This document shows, piece by piece, positions 1 to 9,917 of a stretch of 64,000 nucleotides of DNA (its first letter is position 1; every line of letters starts with the position of its first letter). The notes beneath the pieces were generated by a model that was given only the letters and a program-made list of their open reading frames with translations, was not told the origin of the DNA and did no database searches. Both the position numbers and the translations under genes were made by a program. This DNA comes from Myxococcota bacterium. Its GTDB lineage: Bacteria; Myxococcota_A; UBA9160; SZUA-336. The stretch is from assembly GCA_965247115.1 (NCBI GenBank), contig CBDFGR010000002.1, positions 768,001 to 832,000 of the forward strand, given 5' to 3'.

Positions 1-1502
1 CCGGGTCTTTCGTTCTGAAGCAACTGCTCCACTGTCACGACCTGGATCTTCGGGAAGGGCTGCCCGGTCATCGGCCAGCTGTAGGTCCCGGCAGCGTCTG
101 CAGCCCGGGTCATCCCGGGTGTGGGTTCCCTCATAAGGATCAAGACTCCGAGCTGTGCATCCTCCGCGGTAAGCGTCCCGTGGAGTTCTCGAACCATCGC
201 CGGCCCTATGTTCTCTCCTCCTTTGACTGAGACGATTCCCAACCCAAATTCGCCCTCCGGAAGGTCGAATCGTAGTCGGCCGTCGACACCTTCATCACCC
301 ACTTGCTTGTCGTTTGCCTGAGCCTTCAATCGGGTGACTGCCCAGGTCTCAAAGTCGAACCTGTTCTTCTCCCAAAGGGCACAAGCACCGGCTAGATCTT
401 TCGGCTTGCCGGCGACCCCATAAGAATCCGAGATCGTGGAGCCATATCGGTCATGCAATCGAGTCTCGATTACATCGATCGCGAGATAGGCGATGTCGAT
501 TCCGATCCACGTTCGACCTAGGGCCTGCGCCGCATCAATCGCCGTCCCACATCCGCAGAACGGATCAAGGACCGTATCGCCCTCATCACTACATGCGCGT
601 ATGATCCTTTCGAGGAGAGCGAAAGGCTTCTGTGTCGGGTAGCCGAGACGCTCCTTCGAACTGTTGTTGAGCTTGTCGATTTCCCATACGTCATCGACGG
701 GCCGCCCCTCCAGCATTGCATCTGCCACGTAGCGCTTGATGCGTTTCCCACCGCCAGCATCCGATAGGACGTAGTCACCATGTTCGTCGTGTCGCAACTT
801 CTGCTTCCGAACCTTCAGATACTCCTCCTGACTCTCCCAAGGGATGCCATAGCCATTGAATCGCTGAGCGTCCCCAAGCGCGTAGAAGAGCAAGACATCG
901 TGCCGACGCTCAAAGTGGTGCGCCAGCCGTTTGTTCCACCCGGAGTAGTGCCAGATGATCTCGTTTCGGAAGCAACGCGCACCGAAGACGGCATCCATGA
1001 GTACTTTGAGATAGTGACTTGCCCCGGGGTCGCAGTGAAGCACGATCGAGCCAGTGGGCTTCAACACTCTTCGGAGCTTTATCAGCCGCGGAGCCATCAT
1101 GGCCAAGTACGCCATCATGTCCTGCTTCTTCAGGAACCTCTTGAAGGCGTATAGGCGCTCAGCGACTTCACCGCCCTCTGCAACGCCGAGTTCGAAGGCC
1201 TCCGCTGCGCTCGGTGTCCATCGCCAGGTGTCTTCGAACGCCCGTCTCTGGGCAGATGATCTTCGCCCTGAGGGATCTAAGAAAAACTGGTTGTAGTCCT
1301 GCTTGCTATTGAACGGCGGGTCCAGATAGACAAGATCGACCGATGCCTTGCGGATCTCAGGGAGGACTTCGAGGTTGTCGCCGTAGTAGAGGACGTTGGG
1401 ACTCGCGGGCTCGAGATCCAGCTCGAAGTCCGTCTGTGTGCCCGCAGCGTCTCGCGCGACACCGCGCCGGGTCGCCCTCTTTCGCTTCCGTGAAGTTGCC
1501 AT
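1..1502 (-). CDS. Site-specific DNA methyltransferase (N4/N6, beta class) with C-terminal restriction-endonuclease-like domain; runs off window start
   Basis: Manual minus-strand translation from ATG at 1502: NVLYYGDNLEVL...DLVYLDPPFNS (DPPF), later GYPTQKP, DPFCGCGT, then FETWAV...DEGVDG...VSVKGG. Missing from the ORF track because there is no stop in the window. Confidence 0.85.
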   Translation of the reverse strand, partial: MATSRKRKRATRRGVARDAAGTQTDFELDLEPASPNVLYYGDNLEVLPEIRKASVDLVYLDPPFNSKQDYNQFFLDPSGRRSSAQRRAFEDTWRWTPSAAEAFELGVAEGGEVAERLYAFKRFLKKQDMMAYLAMMAPRLIKLRRVLKPTGSIVLHCDPGASHYLKVLMDAVFGARCFRNEIIWHYSGWNKRLAHHFERRHDVLLFYALGDAQRFNGYGIPWESQEEYLKVRKQKLRHDEHGDYVLSDAGGGKRIKRYVADAMLEGRPVDDVWEIDKLNNSSKERLGYPTQKPFALLERIIRACSDEGDTVLDPFCGCGTAIDAAQALGRTWIGIDIAYLAIDVIETRLHDRYGSTISDSYGVAGKPKDLAGACALWEKNRFDFETWAVTRLKAQANDKQVGDEGVDGRLRFDLPEGEFGLGIVSVKGGENIGPAMVRELHGTLTAEDAQLGVLILMREPTPGMTRAADAAGTYSWPMTGQPFPKIQVVTVEQLLQNERP

Positions 1503-1959
1503 CGTTACGAATCCCTTACAGGATGAACGGATGCGGGGGAGAGCGCATGAATGGCGGCATTCATATCGCACGCGGTTACCCGAGGCGCAACACCTTGGTG
1601 TCGCAATACTCAGAGGAAGCCTGCATCTTGTAGGGCCAAACCTTCGTAGTACAACATGCGCAGGTGCCGAGTGCGTCCAGCCCGCACGGAAGGGCACTAA
1701 GACCGCTGGCCTCATCCCGACAGGTCGAGCTGGAGCTCGCGCGGGTGTGGCGACTGTGAGCCGGGAGGGCGGCTCGGGAAGCGAAGCGCTGGGGCTTCGA
1801 GCGCATCATCACGTACACCCTTGAGTCAGAAGCGGCCACGTCGCTCAAGGCTTGCCGGTGGACGCCGACGGTGTGATTCGGGGAGGGTCGTGGAACTTGC
1901 AAGCGACGATGGGAAAGGGAGCCCGCTACCTGTCGGTAGTCCGCGATCTGAAAGTCTCG

Positions 1960-2015
1960 TTGATTTACACCTTGACAATAGACTCCGAATTGTTGATAAT
2001 CAGAGTGTAAATCAA
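1960..2015 (+). promoter_or_regulatory. Sigma70-type promoter flanked by an 11-bp inverted repeat
   Basis: TTGACA 1972-1977, 17 bp spacer, GATAAT 1995-2000; TTGATTTACAC 1960-1970 and GTGTAAATCAA 2005-2015; AAGGAG RBS before ATG 2028. Confidence 0.7.
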
Positions 2016-2027
2016 GGAGTGCAGACA

Positions 2028-2459
2028 ATGCAGATCAGGGAGATAGAAATCCGCTATCGAGTCCGGGGAGAGGTCGAGGATCAGCTGCGGAATTCGGCGC
2101 AGGTCGCCGCCGCCGTTCGGCGCATCGTGGGTCACGACCCGAGGGAGCACCTCTGCGTGCTCTACATCGACGCGCGCCACAGGATATTGGACGTGGAGAT
2201 CGTCTCGATTGGGACCCTGACCCAGTCCCTCGTCCATCCCCGCGAGGTCTTCCGTACAGCGATCCACCGCTCCGCTCGTGGCATCATCATCGCGCATCAG
2301 CACCCGTCAGGAGATCCGACACCATCCGACGAAGACTACGAGGTCACACAGCGGCTGATCGATGCGGGCAGCATCCTCGGCATCGAGGTCCTCGATCACG
2401 TGGTCGTCACGACCAGAGACTTCACATCGCTGCGGGAGCAGCACCCCGACTGGTTCTGA
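2028..2459 (+). CDS. radC: RadC-like JAB/MPN domain protein
   Basis: SIGTLTQSLVHPREVF...AHQHPSGDPTPSDED...VLDHVVV motif; RBS upstream. Confidence 0.85.
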   Translation: MQIREIEIRYRVRGEVEDQLRNSAQVAAAVRRIVGHDPREHLCVLYIDARHRILDVEIVSIGTLTQSLVHPREVFRTAIHRSARGIIIAHQHPSGDPTPSDEDYEVTQRLIDAGSILGIEVLDHVVVTTRDFTSLREQHPDWF

Positions 2460-2560
2460 TTAGGCTCGATGGCTCGCCGGGGAAGGCAGGGCTACCGGTG
2501 GCCCTTTTGATTTGCAGATGGTAATTCTTACGCTAGGAGTGCTAGAAGAGAGGGGAGAGC

Positions 2561-2791
2561 ATGAGAGGCGGGCAGACGATGGGGGGCGAGTACCCGAAGC
2601 CGCGGGGTGGCCTAGTGGACGCCGCAGCTGGATCGGAACTCCGGAAACCAGGAGAGAGCTATGCTGCCGCAATCAAGCGCCTGGGGCGCGAAATCATCGA
2701 GCTAGAGCTCGAGGCGGCAGGCGGAGATCGGAAGCGCACGGCGCGCGCTCTACGCCTCACGATCGAAGAGCTCGAGGAAGAGCTCCGCTAG
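2561..2791 (+). CDS. Small Fis-type helix-turn-helix protein
   Basis: LEAAGGDRKRTARALRLT resembles a Fis HTH; GGAG RBS. Confidence 0.5.
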   Translation: MRGGQTMGGEYPKPRGGLVDAAAGSELRKPGESYAAAIKRLGREIIELELEAAGGDRKRTARALRLTIEELEEELR

Positions 2792-2802
2792 GGAAGGGCC
2801 CC

Positions 2803-3015
2803 GTGGGGACGAAGAAGGCGAGGCGCGGTGGAAACCGGCCGGGTGCGGGGAGGCCTCCAAAGCACCCGAGCGGACGGAGCGAGCAGGTGAGCATTCAGCT
2901 GCCGCCGCCCGTACTCGGTGCATTGCGCAAGGAGGCTGAGGCGCAGGGGAGGAGCCTTTCGGACATCGGGGCAGAGATCCTCGAGCGGAGCCTGAAGCGG
3001 CGCGGACGGCTCTAA
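2803..3015 (+). CDS. Ribbon-helix-helix DNA-binding protein
   Basis: RGGNRPGAGRP motif followed by VSIQLPP...LRKEAEAQGRSLSDI; GTG start inferred. Confidence 0.6.
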   Translation: MGTKKARRGGNRPGAGRPPKHPSGRSEQVSIQLPPPVLGALRKEAEAQGRSLSDIGAEILERSLKRRGRL

Positions 3016-3120
3016 GGATGCGACCCGCGCGTGTCGCTTGTGAACTGGAGGAGTATCCCGAACCCTTGTGCGCTCCTTGCGATTTGGCAGCTCCATCACG
3101 GCCCGTGGTAGCCTGACCGT

Positions 3121-3200
3121 ATGACCCCGGACGAGCCCGCGCGTCCCAACATCCTCTACTACGGTGACAACCTCGACGTACTCCGGCGGTACGTGAAGGA
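3121..3200 (+). pseudogene. N-terminal fragment of a second DNA methyltransferase
   Basis: PNILYYGDNLDVLRRY is nearly identical to the N-terminus of the MTase at 1-1502, then the homology stops. Confidence 0.65.
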
Positions 3201-3245
3201 AAGGACGAGGTGGCTGGAGGCGACTCGGGAGCTGATTAGAGAAAA

Positions 3246-3308
3246 CCCGGGGATGCACGCATCCCCGGGGTGCCAATTGAAAAACCCCGGGTTGCACGCA
3301 ACCCGGGG
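3246..3308. repeat. Two tandem 24-bp palindromes
   Basis: CCCGGGGATGC-AC-GCATCCCCGGG (3246-3269) and CCCCGGGTTGC-AC-GCAACCCGGGG (3285-3308). Confidence 0.8.
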
Positions 3309-3468
3309 GGGTCAAAGAGTGCCGGCATGCTGAGTATCGGCAGTCTCATTGGGAAAATCAATGCGAAAAGCGGCCTTCTTCATCGACGGAAGCACGGTGA
3401 GGCGGTAGAGTCGGCCTTGCTCCCCGAGGAAGAGGCTAAGATACACGATACGACCACGGCGTTGGCGC

Positions 3469-4134
3469 ATGAAAAGAGACACGAAGATGTCCAACTGCCC
3501 ACCTTTTTTGATCCTGCTACTCATGCCGCTGCTTGCGGCCTGCATCACCAACACGCGCGAGAACGACTTCCCGCGCGCAACGCTGCTGGGCGTCGATTCG
3601 CCGCCGTCGATCGAGACCGCGGTGACGGACTTCAACGCGCACCTGGATGGCGGCAAGCTAGTCAGCTCCCATGCCCAGGGGCGCCTCCAGTTTTCACAGA
3701 TGACCCGACGCTGGCAGAAGCGGGGTGCAATTTCGGGTGCGGAGTTTCGGCGCGACGAAGATTGGACGGGCGAGTCCGATTCGTATGTGGTGATGTCTGG
3801 ACGGCAAGTGGGACGTTCGAGTATCGCTCTGCAGATCCTCTCGGGGCTGACGCTGACGCTGATTCCGTACTACGTCGACACCACGAGCGAGCTGGAGTTC
3901 AAGCGGCAGGATGCAGCGACAGGCGAAGTGACCGCCGCTCACGCGAAGATGCGCACGTACCAACTGGTATCGCTGCTGTTCTTGCCGTTCGCGCCCTTCA
4001 GCCTGGCGGGCGATATCCGCCAGGCGAACATGCTTGCGGACAGCGTCTATTGCCAGCTATGGCGTGGGGAGGGCTGCGAGTCCGCCGAGCCCGGCTCCAA
4101 GGGATGGAGGGTCGAGCCACGAGCAGCGGATTGA
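3469..4134 (+). CDS. Hypothetical lipoprotein
   Basis: Hydrophobic N-terminus with LAAC lipobox; 221 aa. Confidence 0.65.
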   Translation: MKRDTKMSNCPPFLILLLMPLLAACITNTRENDFPRATLLGVDSPPSIETAVTDFNAHLDGGKLVSSHAQGRLQFSQMTRRWQKRGAISGAEFRRDEDWTGESDSYVVMSGRQVGRSSIALQILSGLTLTLIPYYVDTTSELEFKRQDAATGEVTAAHAKMRTYQLVSLLFLPFAPFSLAGDIRQANMLADSVYCQLWRGEGCESAEPGSKGWRVEPRAAD

Positions 4135-4228
4135 CATCCACCCAAGGCATTTGGACTTAGTAGGAAGGGCGTTGCGCGGGACCCCATCGAGGACCCTGCG
4201 GAGATAAAGCGCATCCTCAAGGCCGCTC

Positions 4229-4534
4229 GGGAACATCGACACGCCTGAGGACGACGAGGTCGGCTACTACCAGGCGGCCGAGGCGCTCCGCCAGATGGCC
4301 GAAGACAGAGCGATCTACTTGGTCTACGAAAACCCCTACACGCTGAGCCGCGGCCGCTTCGGGCGACTCCTCGCGTACCCCTACGCGGACGGCGTGAACC
4401 TGAACCTGGAGATGGTTCGAGCCGGCTGGACGCCGTTCTACACGAAGTACGGTGTGGGCCGCTTCCCGGCCGCGTTCATGCAGGCGGAGGCGGAGGCAGC
4501 GCGGGCGCGCCGCGGGCTCTGGTCTCATCAGTGA
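4229..4534 (+). pseudogene. Thermonuclease (SNase) C-terminal fragment
   Basis: GNIDTPE...GRFGRLLAY...NLNLEMVRAGW...AEAEAARARRGLWS; no N-terminus. Confidence 0.75.
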
Positions 4535-4568
4535 GGGTCCCGACAGCCTGCGGAGGCGACGCAGCTGA

Positions 4569-5087
4569 TTAGTGAGAAGGTCGCCTGTACAGGTACTCGA
4601 ACACGGCCCGCACTATCCAGAGCACAAGCCAGATACCCGCGACGGTCCCCCCGGCCGCCTTCGAGACGAAGGCCATCATGAAGGCAGCAAAGGCGAGAAC
4701 ACCGACTCCTAGATAGAGGTTGTGCTTCTGGCCGATCGTCTGAAGGCCTCGAACCTCCTTTTGGTCGGCGACCTGAGCCTCGAGTTGGAGCTTCTCCATC
4801 GCCCGAGCGTGCTCTCCGTTGGCGCGGAACTCATCGTGAATGGCCTCAGCGAACTCCGGAAAGGCGTCCTTATAGCCGCGCATCTGCTCAGGAGAAGGCA
4901 TGTGGGCCCACTCCAATACGGCCTCACCACTGCCATCCTCGCTTCTGCGGACCCCAAGTCGTCCACCCGGTCCGCGTAGCCCTTGATCGACCGGTTGCTG
5001 CTCGGGCGGAGGAGGTACGAGCTCCGCCGTCTCTACAGCAGGCTCATCGACGACGCCTTCTTCGGAGTCAGCCCGCTCGTCCGGCAT
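4569..5087 (-). CDS. DUF2335-like membrane protein
   Basis: MPSPEQMRGYKDAFPEFAEAI motif and two C-terminal TM helices. Confidence 0.6.
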   Translation of the reverse strand: MPDERADSEEGVVDEPAVETAELVPPPPEQQPVDQGLRGPGGRLGVRRSEDGSGEAVLEWAHMPSPEQMRGYKDAFPEFAEAIHDEFRANGEHARAMEKLQLEAQVADQKEVRGLQTIGQKHNLYLGVGVLAFAAFMMAFVSKAAGGTVAGIWLVLWIVRAVFEYLYRRPSH

Positions 5088-5914
5088 ATGCGGGGAGACT
5101 CGCTAAGGGGACTTCGGGGTGTTGCTCGGCGGCTGCCCGAAAGGCCGCTGCCGCCTGCTGTCCGGTCTGCCGTAGAGTGGCATGCGTATCCGACCAGGCA
5201 TTGATCACGCTCGCACGTGACACGAACTCGAGACCGGGCGGATCGAAGTACAGGGGACTAAACAGCATGGCTCCTCCAGAGAGCCACGCCCGTCGCCTAT
5301 TCGCTCGTCGCAGACCAGACATGGGGGTCACATCCAGCGGGGGATCGAAAGTTGCTGCTTGGTTCGTCGAGAAGATACACGTACTGGGCGAGGTCACGGA
5401 CCTGCGTCCGATCCTGACAGATCGAGACGCTCCTGGTCTTGCGACGGCGCGGCGCTCAGCGCGCTTGGGCATACAGACTCCCCGTGGGCCACGATGCTCG
5501 GCCCGTCTCCCCTCGATACCGTCTCTTCGGCAGATTGGGCCTAGCGAGTGAGCGGAGTGTAGCACGGCCGCCAAGGGCTCTTCGTGGCGATTTCGCTTCA
5601 TCTCATCAGGAGATTTCCCCTTTGGCTGCCGGGGTTTTGCGCGTCTGTGAATGGACTGGGTGGCATTCCCTATATCGCCACGACAGCCCTGCAAAAAGTG
5701 GGCGGGATCGCCCTGGCCGACAAGGGCAGCAAACGCCGCAGACCTGCGCATTTGGTTCTTGTTTTCTCTCCTCATATGAGGTGGAAAAAGAGGAACCACC
5801 CGGGTGGTTGGGGCCATGAGTGCACGAAAGCTCGCACCATCCGCGCTCAAGGTTGTCTAGCCAGCCCGCACGGCAGGGCACTAAGACGGAACTAGGTACT
5901 TAGCGCACAGGCCA

Positions 5915-7322
5915 GGGTGACGTCCGGGGTTTGCTGGAAACAAAGGGGGGATGCAACCTCGCGTGAATCAAACAAAACCCGCCGGACCTTCCGGCCACGC
6001 GAGGAGACATCCCCTTGGCAACGAGAGTACTGAGCAGCGAGAGGACGAGCCAGAAGATCCGTGAGCTGATCCAGGAGCTGGAGGAAGGAGACGGCCTGGA
6101 GGGGCTGCTCCAGCTCGCGATGCGCAAGATCATCGAGGAGGCGCTGGAAGCCGAGGTCAGCGATGTCCTGGGCCGAGGCCACTACGCGCGGCGACGCGAG
6201 GGGCAAAAGGGCTACCGCAATGGATCGCGACCGGCGCGGGTGAAGAGCGCCGAAGGTCCGATCGAGTACCGGGCTCCGCAGGTGAGCGACACCGACGAAC
6301 CCTTCCGTTCCGGGATCCGTCCCGAACTCGAGAAGCGGACGCGCGCCCTGGAAGAGCTGGCGGTGGAGATGTACGCGAGAGGACTCTCGACCCGCGACAT
6401 CGAGGCCACCTTTCGAGGCGAGGACGGACGGTCCTTGCTTTCGCGGACAGCCGTGAGTGAGGTCACGGAGCAGCTCTGGGAAGAGTACGAGGCCTTTGCG
6501 ACCCGGGACCTCTCCGAGTTCAAGCTCCTGTACCTGTTCGTGGATGGCGTCGCCGAGCGCCTGCACACCGGTCAGCGTCGCGAGATGGTGCTGTGTGCCT
6601 GGGGCATCACCGACGAGGGCGAGAAGGTTCTCCTGCACCTGAGTCCGGGCACGAAGGAGGACACGGCGAGTTGCACGGCCTTCTTCCAGGACCTCAAACG
6701 TCGCGGCCTCGAGGATCCGCTCCTCGTCGTCACGGATGGAGCCCCCGGTCTGATCCGCGCGGTCGAGGAGTGCTTTCCCCGGGCGGAGCGACAACGCTGT
6801 TTGGCCCATCGGATGCGCAACCTCGCCTCCAAGATCTCCGAGCCCGACTGGCCGGAGTTTCGCGCCCACGCCAAGGCCTGTTACGAGGGACCCTCGCAAG
6901 AGGTCGCTCGTCTCCTGCGCGACGACCTGGTCCGACGCTACGAGAAGACGTTACCTACGGCCGTGCAGTGCTTCATGGATGATTTTGAAGCCTGCATCGC
7001 CCACTTGCGCTTCCCGGTAAAACACCGTCGCGTGATTCGGACGACGAACTTACTCGAGCGCCTCTTCCTCGAAGAGCGCCGTCGCATGAAGGCGGTCGTA
7101 CACGCCTTCGGAGAGCGTGCGGTCTTGAAGCTGATGTATGCTGCGTTGATCCGGAGCGCCGAGTCCTGGCGGGGCATCGCGATCAGCGCCTTTGAAGCCC
7201 GACAGCTCTCTGTGATTCGGGAAGAGCTTGACCAGAACCACGAACGCCGTCAGGCTCCCGCCATCCCGTCACGCGAAGCCAATCCCCGGTCCCGCGTTTC
7301 CAGCAAGAACCGGACGTGACCC
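5915..7322 (+). mobile_element. IS256-family insertion sequence
   Basis: Imperfect 27-bp terminal IRs GGGTGACGTCCGGGGTTTGCTGGAAAC (5915-5941) and GTTTCCAGCAAGAACCGGACGTGACCC (7296-7322); no target duplication visible. Confidence 0.9.
6015..7319 (+). CDS. IS256-family DDE transposase
   Basis: GYRNG, MYARGLSTRDI, LFVDG, VVTDG, QRCLAH, RTTNLLER motifs. Confidence 0.95.
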   Translation: MATRVLSSERTSQKIRELIQELEEGDGLEGLLQLAMRKIIEEALEAEVSDVLGRGHYARRREGQKGYRNGSRPARVKSAEGPIEYRAPQVSDTDEPFRSGIRPELEKRTRALEELAVEMYARGLSTRDIEATFRGEDGRSLLSRTAVSEVTEQLWEEYEAFATRDLSEFKLLYLFVDGVAERLHTGQRREMVLCAWGITDEGEKVLLHLSPGTKEDTASCTAFFQDLKRRGLEDPLLVVTDGAPGLIRAVEECFPRAERQRCLAHRMRNLASKISEPDWPEFRAHAKACYEGPSQEVARLLRDDLVRRYEKTLPTAVQCFMDDFEACIAHLRFPVKHRRVIRTTNLLERLFLEERRRMKAVVHAFGERAVLKLMYAALIRSAESWRGIAISAFEARQLSVIREELDQNHERRQAPAIPSREANPRSRVSSKNRT

Positions 7323-7495
7323 TATCGCTCGCCAGCCGACCGGTCCTTCCGGTCATGACAGTTGAGCTAGGATCGGCTGGCCCGAAGCACCCGGACGTGT
7401 GACCATCTGTCTGGATCATTTTGTGCCCACGTACTATCAAAGAATCGCAGGTCGAGTTTGCAAACAGCTAGTTTTTCGACACTTTCTGCCCTCAA

Positions 7496-7571
7496 GCCGA
7501 CGTAGCTCAGCTGGTAGAGCAGCTGATTCGTAATCAGCAGGTCAGCGGTTCGAGTCCGCTCGTCGGCTCCA
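7496..7571 (+). tRNA. tRNA-Thr(CGT)
   Basis: 76-nt cloverleaf GCCGACG...CGTCGGC-T-CCA; anticodon stem GCTGA/TCAGC with loop TTCGTAA; TTCGAGT T-loop. Confidence 0.97.
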
Positions 7572-7575
7572 GCGC

Positions 7576-7652
7576 TTCCAGGCACTTACGCCGGAGTCGC
7601 CCGCCCCTGGGACGCCGGAATGTAGCAACGGTGTAGCAACGGGGAGCACCTG
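7576..7652 (+). repeat. att arm A' with tandem TGTAGCAACGG (copy 1)
   Basis: Near-identical to 41018-41094; direct repeats at 7621-7642. Confidence 0.85.
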
Positions 7653-7674
7653 TCCGCGCACAGCCGATGCCATC

Positions 7675-8040
7675 GTGGAGTCGCCGGAGCAGCTGCAGTT
7701 CATGCGCTGGCTCATGCACGCCGCCGCGCCCATGAAGCCCCGCGTGCCCGGCTTCAACAACGACATGGAGCGCTTCGCGGCCATAGAAGAGCTGCCCCTC
7801 TCGGACATCCGCTGTCCGACCCTGATCACGCACGGGACGGCCGACGGCGACGTACCGTTCAAGCACGCAGAGGACGCCTATCAGATCATCCCAGACTCCC
7901 AGCTCCACCGGATGGAGAACGGATGGCACCTATTGTGGCTGAGTGAGGGCGCAGACGAGATGGTCCGCAGACAGATCGAGTTCGTGAAGGCGCACTCCGA
8001 ATCGAGCCGAACGGTCAGCCAGCCCCGCGTCGGGGCGTAG
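7675..8040 (+). pseudogene. Alpha/beta hydrolase C-terminal fragment
   Basis: IRCPTLITHGTADGDVP...GWH; the nucleophile half is missing, cut at the att arm. Confidence 0.7.
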
Positions 8041-8917
8041 CCAGCACGTGGTCTTCGTCCAGGCCTTCGATGAAGTTCAGGGCGCGGCTCGAGCGGTAAC
8101 CGAGTAGCTGCTGCGCCTTCTTGGGGAGCGTGCTGGCGAGGGCGGATGGCACCGCCATGAACTGGTTCTCTTCCTGGATCAGGCGATCGAGCCCAAACGA
8201 GAAGATCAGCCCAGTGCGCGGCTCGTCGACCGCGCTCGATCCCAGCCCGTGGAACACGCTGCCCAGCCAGACGGCCACCGAGCCCTTCGGCATCACCGCC
8301 TGAATCACCTCGTGCTCCTCGGGCTTGCGGTCCCGCGGCCAGCCGTTGCTGCCCGGAACGAAGCGCGTCGCACCGTTGTCGCGCGTGAAGTCCGTGAGTG
8401 CGACCATGAAGGCCAGCGTCAGCTCCGGCCCTTCGGGATCGCGATGCCAGTAAGGCAGGTAGCGCCACTCGTCGCGGTGTAGCATCTGGTTCGCGCCGCC
8501 CCGGCACACCTGCATCGCGACGCTGGCGTTGATGTGGTAGTGGTGGCAATTGGGGCCTTTGGCGGGATCGATCACGTCGAAGAACTTCGGCTCGGGTACG
8601 GGAGTCGAAGACGACGCCATCGGGAACTCGGGAAGCAAAATCCCGTCGGCCAGCTCGAGCAGGCGCTCGTTGCACAGCAGGTGCTCGCTGAACTCCGGCC
8701 CCCGCGCGAACAGCGCAGTCACGGACCGCTTTCGATGGCCAAAGAACTCGCCGCCGCCCGGCTCCTGCTCTTCGAGCTCACCGGCCACCTTCGCAGTGAG
8801 CGTGTCCATGATCTCTGGCGCGAGCAGGTTCTCGATGATCACGAGCCCGTTCTCGCGGATCTCGGCCACGGCATCGGCCATGTTGTCGTCTCTACGAAAC
8901 CGTCGGATGGCGTTCAT
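8015..8917 (-). CDS. Phytanoyl-CoA dioxygenase (PhyH) family protein
   Basis: QMLHRD...ALTDFTRDNGATRFVPGS...VFHGLG...R (HxD...H). Confidence 0.9.
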   Translation of the reverse strand: MNAIRRFRRDDNMADAVAEIRENGLVIIENLLAPEIMDTLTAKVAGELEEQEPGGGEFFGHRKRSVTALFARGPEFSEHLLCNERLLELADGILLPEFPMASSSTPVPEPKFFDVIDPAKGPNCHHYHINASVAMQVCRGGANQMLHRDEWRYLPYWHRDPEGPELTLAFMVALTDFTRDNGATRFVPGSNGWPRDRKPEEHEVIQAVMPKGSVAVWLGSVFHGLGSSAVDEPRTGLIFSFGLDRLIQEENQFMAVPSALASTLPKKAQQLLGYRSSRALNFIEGLDEDHVLATPRRGAG

Positions 8918-9064
8918 GGTCGGTCTCCGTGGCGCCGCCTCCCCCGTGAGGAGCAGTCTATCGCTCTTGCGTGAGAGACTCCAAGGCGACTCCCGAGTGC
9001 CGAATCGGAGATTTCGATGTCGAGCAGTGTCGTCGCCAGAGGCCCAGCCCGCCTCTCGAGCTCG

Positions 9065-9146
9065 CGCCCCGGGCCTCAGACCAATCGATAGGACGGGAAG
9101 GGCCATTGTCACAACCCGAGAAACCCTCTTAAACTCCCTATCCCCC
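9065..9146 (+). repeat. IS91/ISCR-type oriIS end (copy 1, divergent)
   Basis: Similar to 21527-21608 (minus) and 55111-55176; ends CTCTTAAACTCCCTATCCC. Confidence 0.65.
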
Positions 9147-9562
9147 CAGGTCTTGGGTTCTGCTATCGTTCTCCGCCGAGGGGCCTTCCGATCGGCTTAC
9201 AGCTTCTGGCCTTACCCGCCTGCTCTGTTTCCCATATCGAGTTTGCCTTTCCTGCTCGTGCGCAGGGCCAGGCGGCCAACGTTGCGGGCGGTTTACATAG
9301 CGCCCGACCACCTGAGGTGGAAAGTCCGGCCCCGGAGTCTGGCGCAAATGCCGCGAACTCGAGAAGAAGGTGCGGCAGAGGAATGTCAGTTGAGTAAGAA
9401 GCTATATGTCGGAAATCTTGCCTTTTCTACCACCGAGGACGAGCTACGGGCCGCCTTCGAGAAGGGGATTATATCGCTGTTTACCCAGATTCCGATCTAA
9501 TGGGAATTAGGTACTTTGACTGAATCAACCACCTATCGAGGCTGCCGCCATGGGTGATCTCA

Positions 9563-9856
9563 TCAGCTTCCCGGGAGGCGAGTCTCATCCTCAGGACTCG
9601 GAGCAAGAAGGCGAAGAGTGTCCCGCGCCATCTGAATCAGGTCACGCCGATCCCAAAGAGAGGTCTGGGGATACTTCCCCTCCAACTTCGGATCTGGAGT
9701 CAGAACAAGAACGACCTTTCCGTCTTCTTGGGTCTGGCCGTTGTCGCTATACGCCCAAGTGGACACCTGAGATGGAACGCCAGTATTACGTATGGTTGCG
9801 GTCATATCTTCGTCAGACAGAACCTTGATGCCGCCGTCGCTACGTCGATCGGTCAT
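9563..9856 (-). CDS. Hypothetical passenger protein
   Basis: 97-aa ORF co-oriented with the other passengers inside the transposon; start uncertain. Confidence 0.45.
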   Translation of the reverse strand: MTDRRSDGGIKVLSDEDMTATIRNTGVPSQVSTWAYSDNGQTQEDGKVVLVLTPDPKLEGKYPQTSLWDRRDLIQMARDTLRLLAPSPEDETRLPGS

Positions 9857-9917
9857 TTGCTCATTCCCCTTCTTGCGTCCGTCTGACTTCCTTCACGCTG
9901 TTTACCCAAGGCCCCGA

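Noticed and set aside
4170..4232. Integrase-like peptide ARDPIEDPAEIKRILKAARE fused to the thermonuclease fragment
   Set aside because: Too short to assign by eye.
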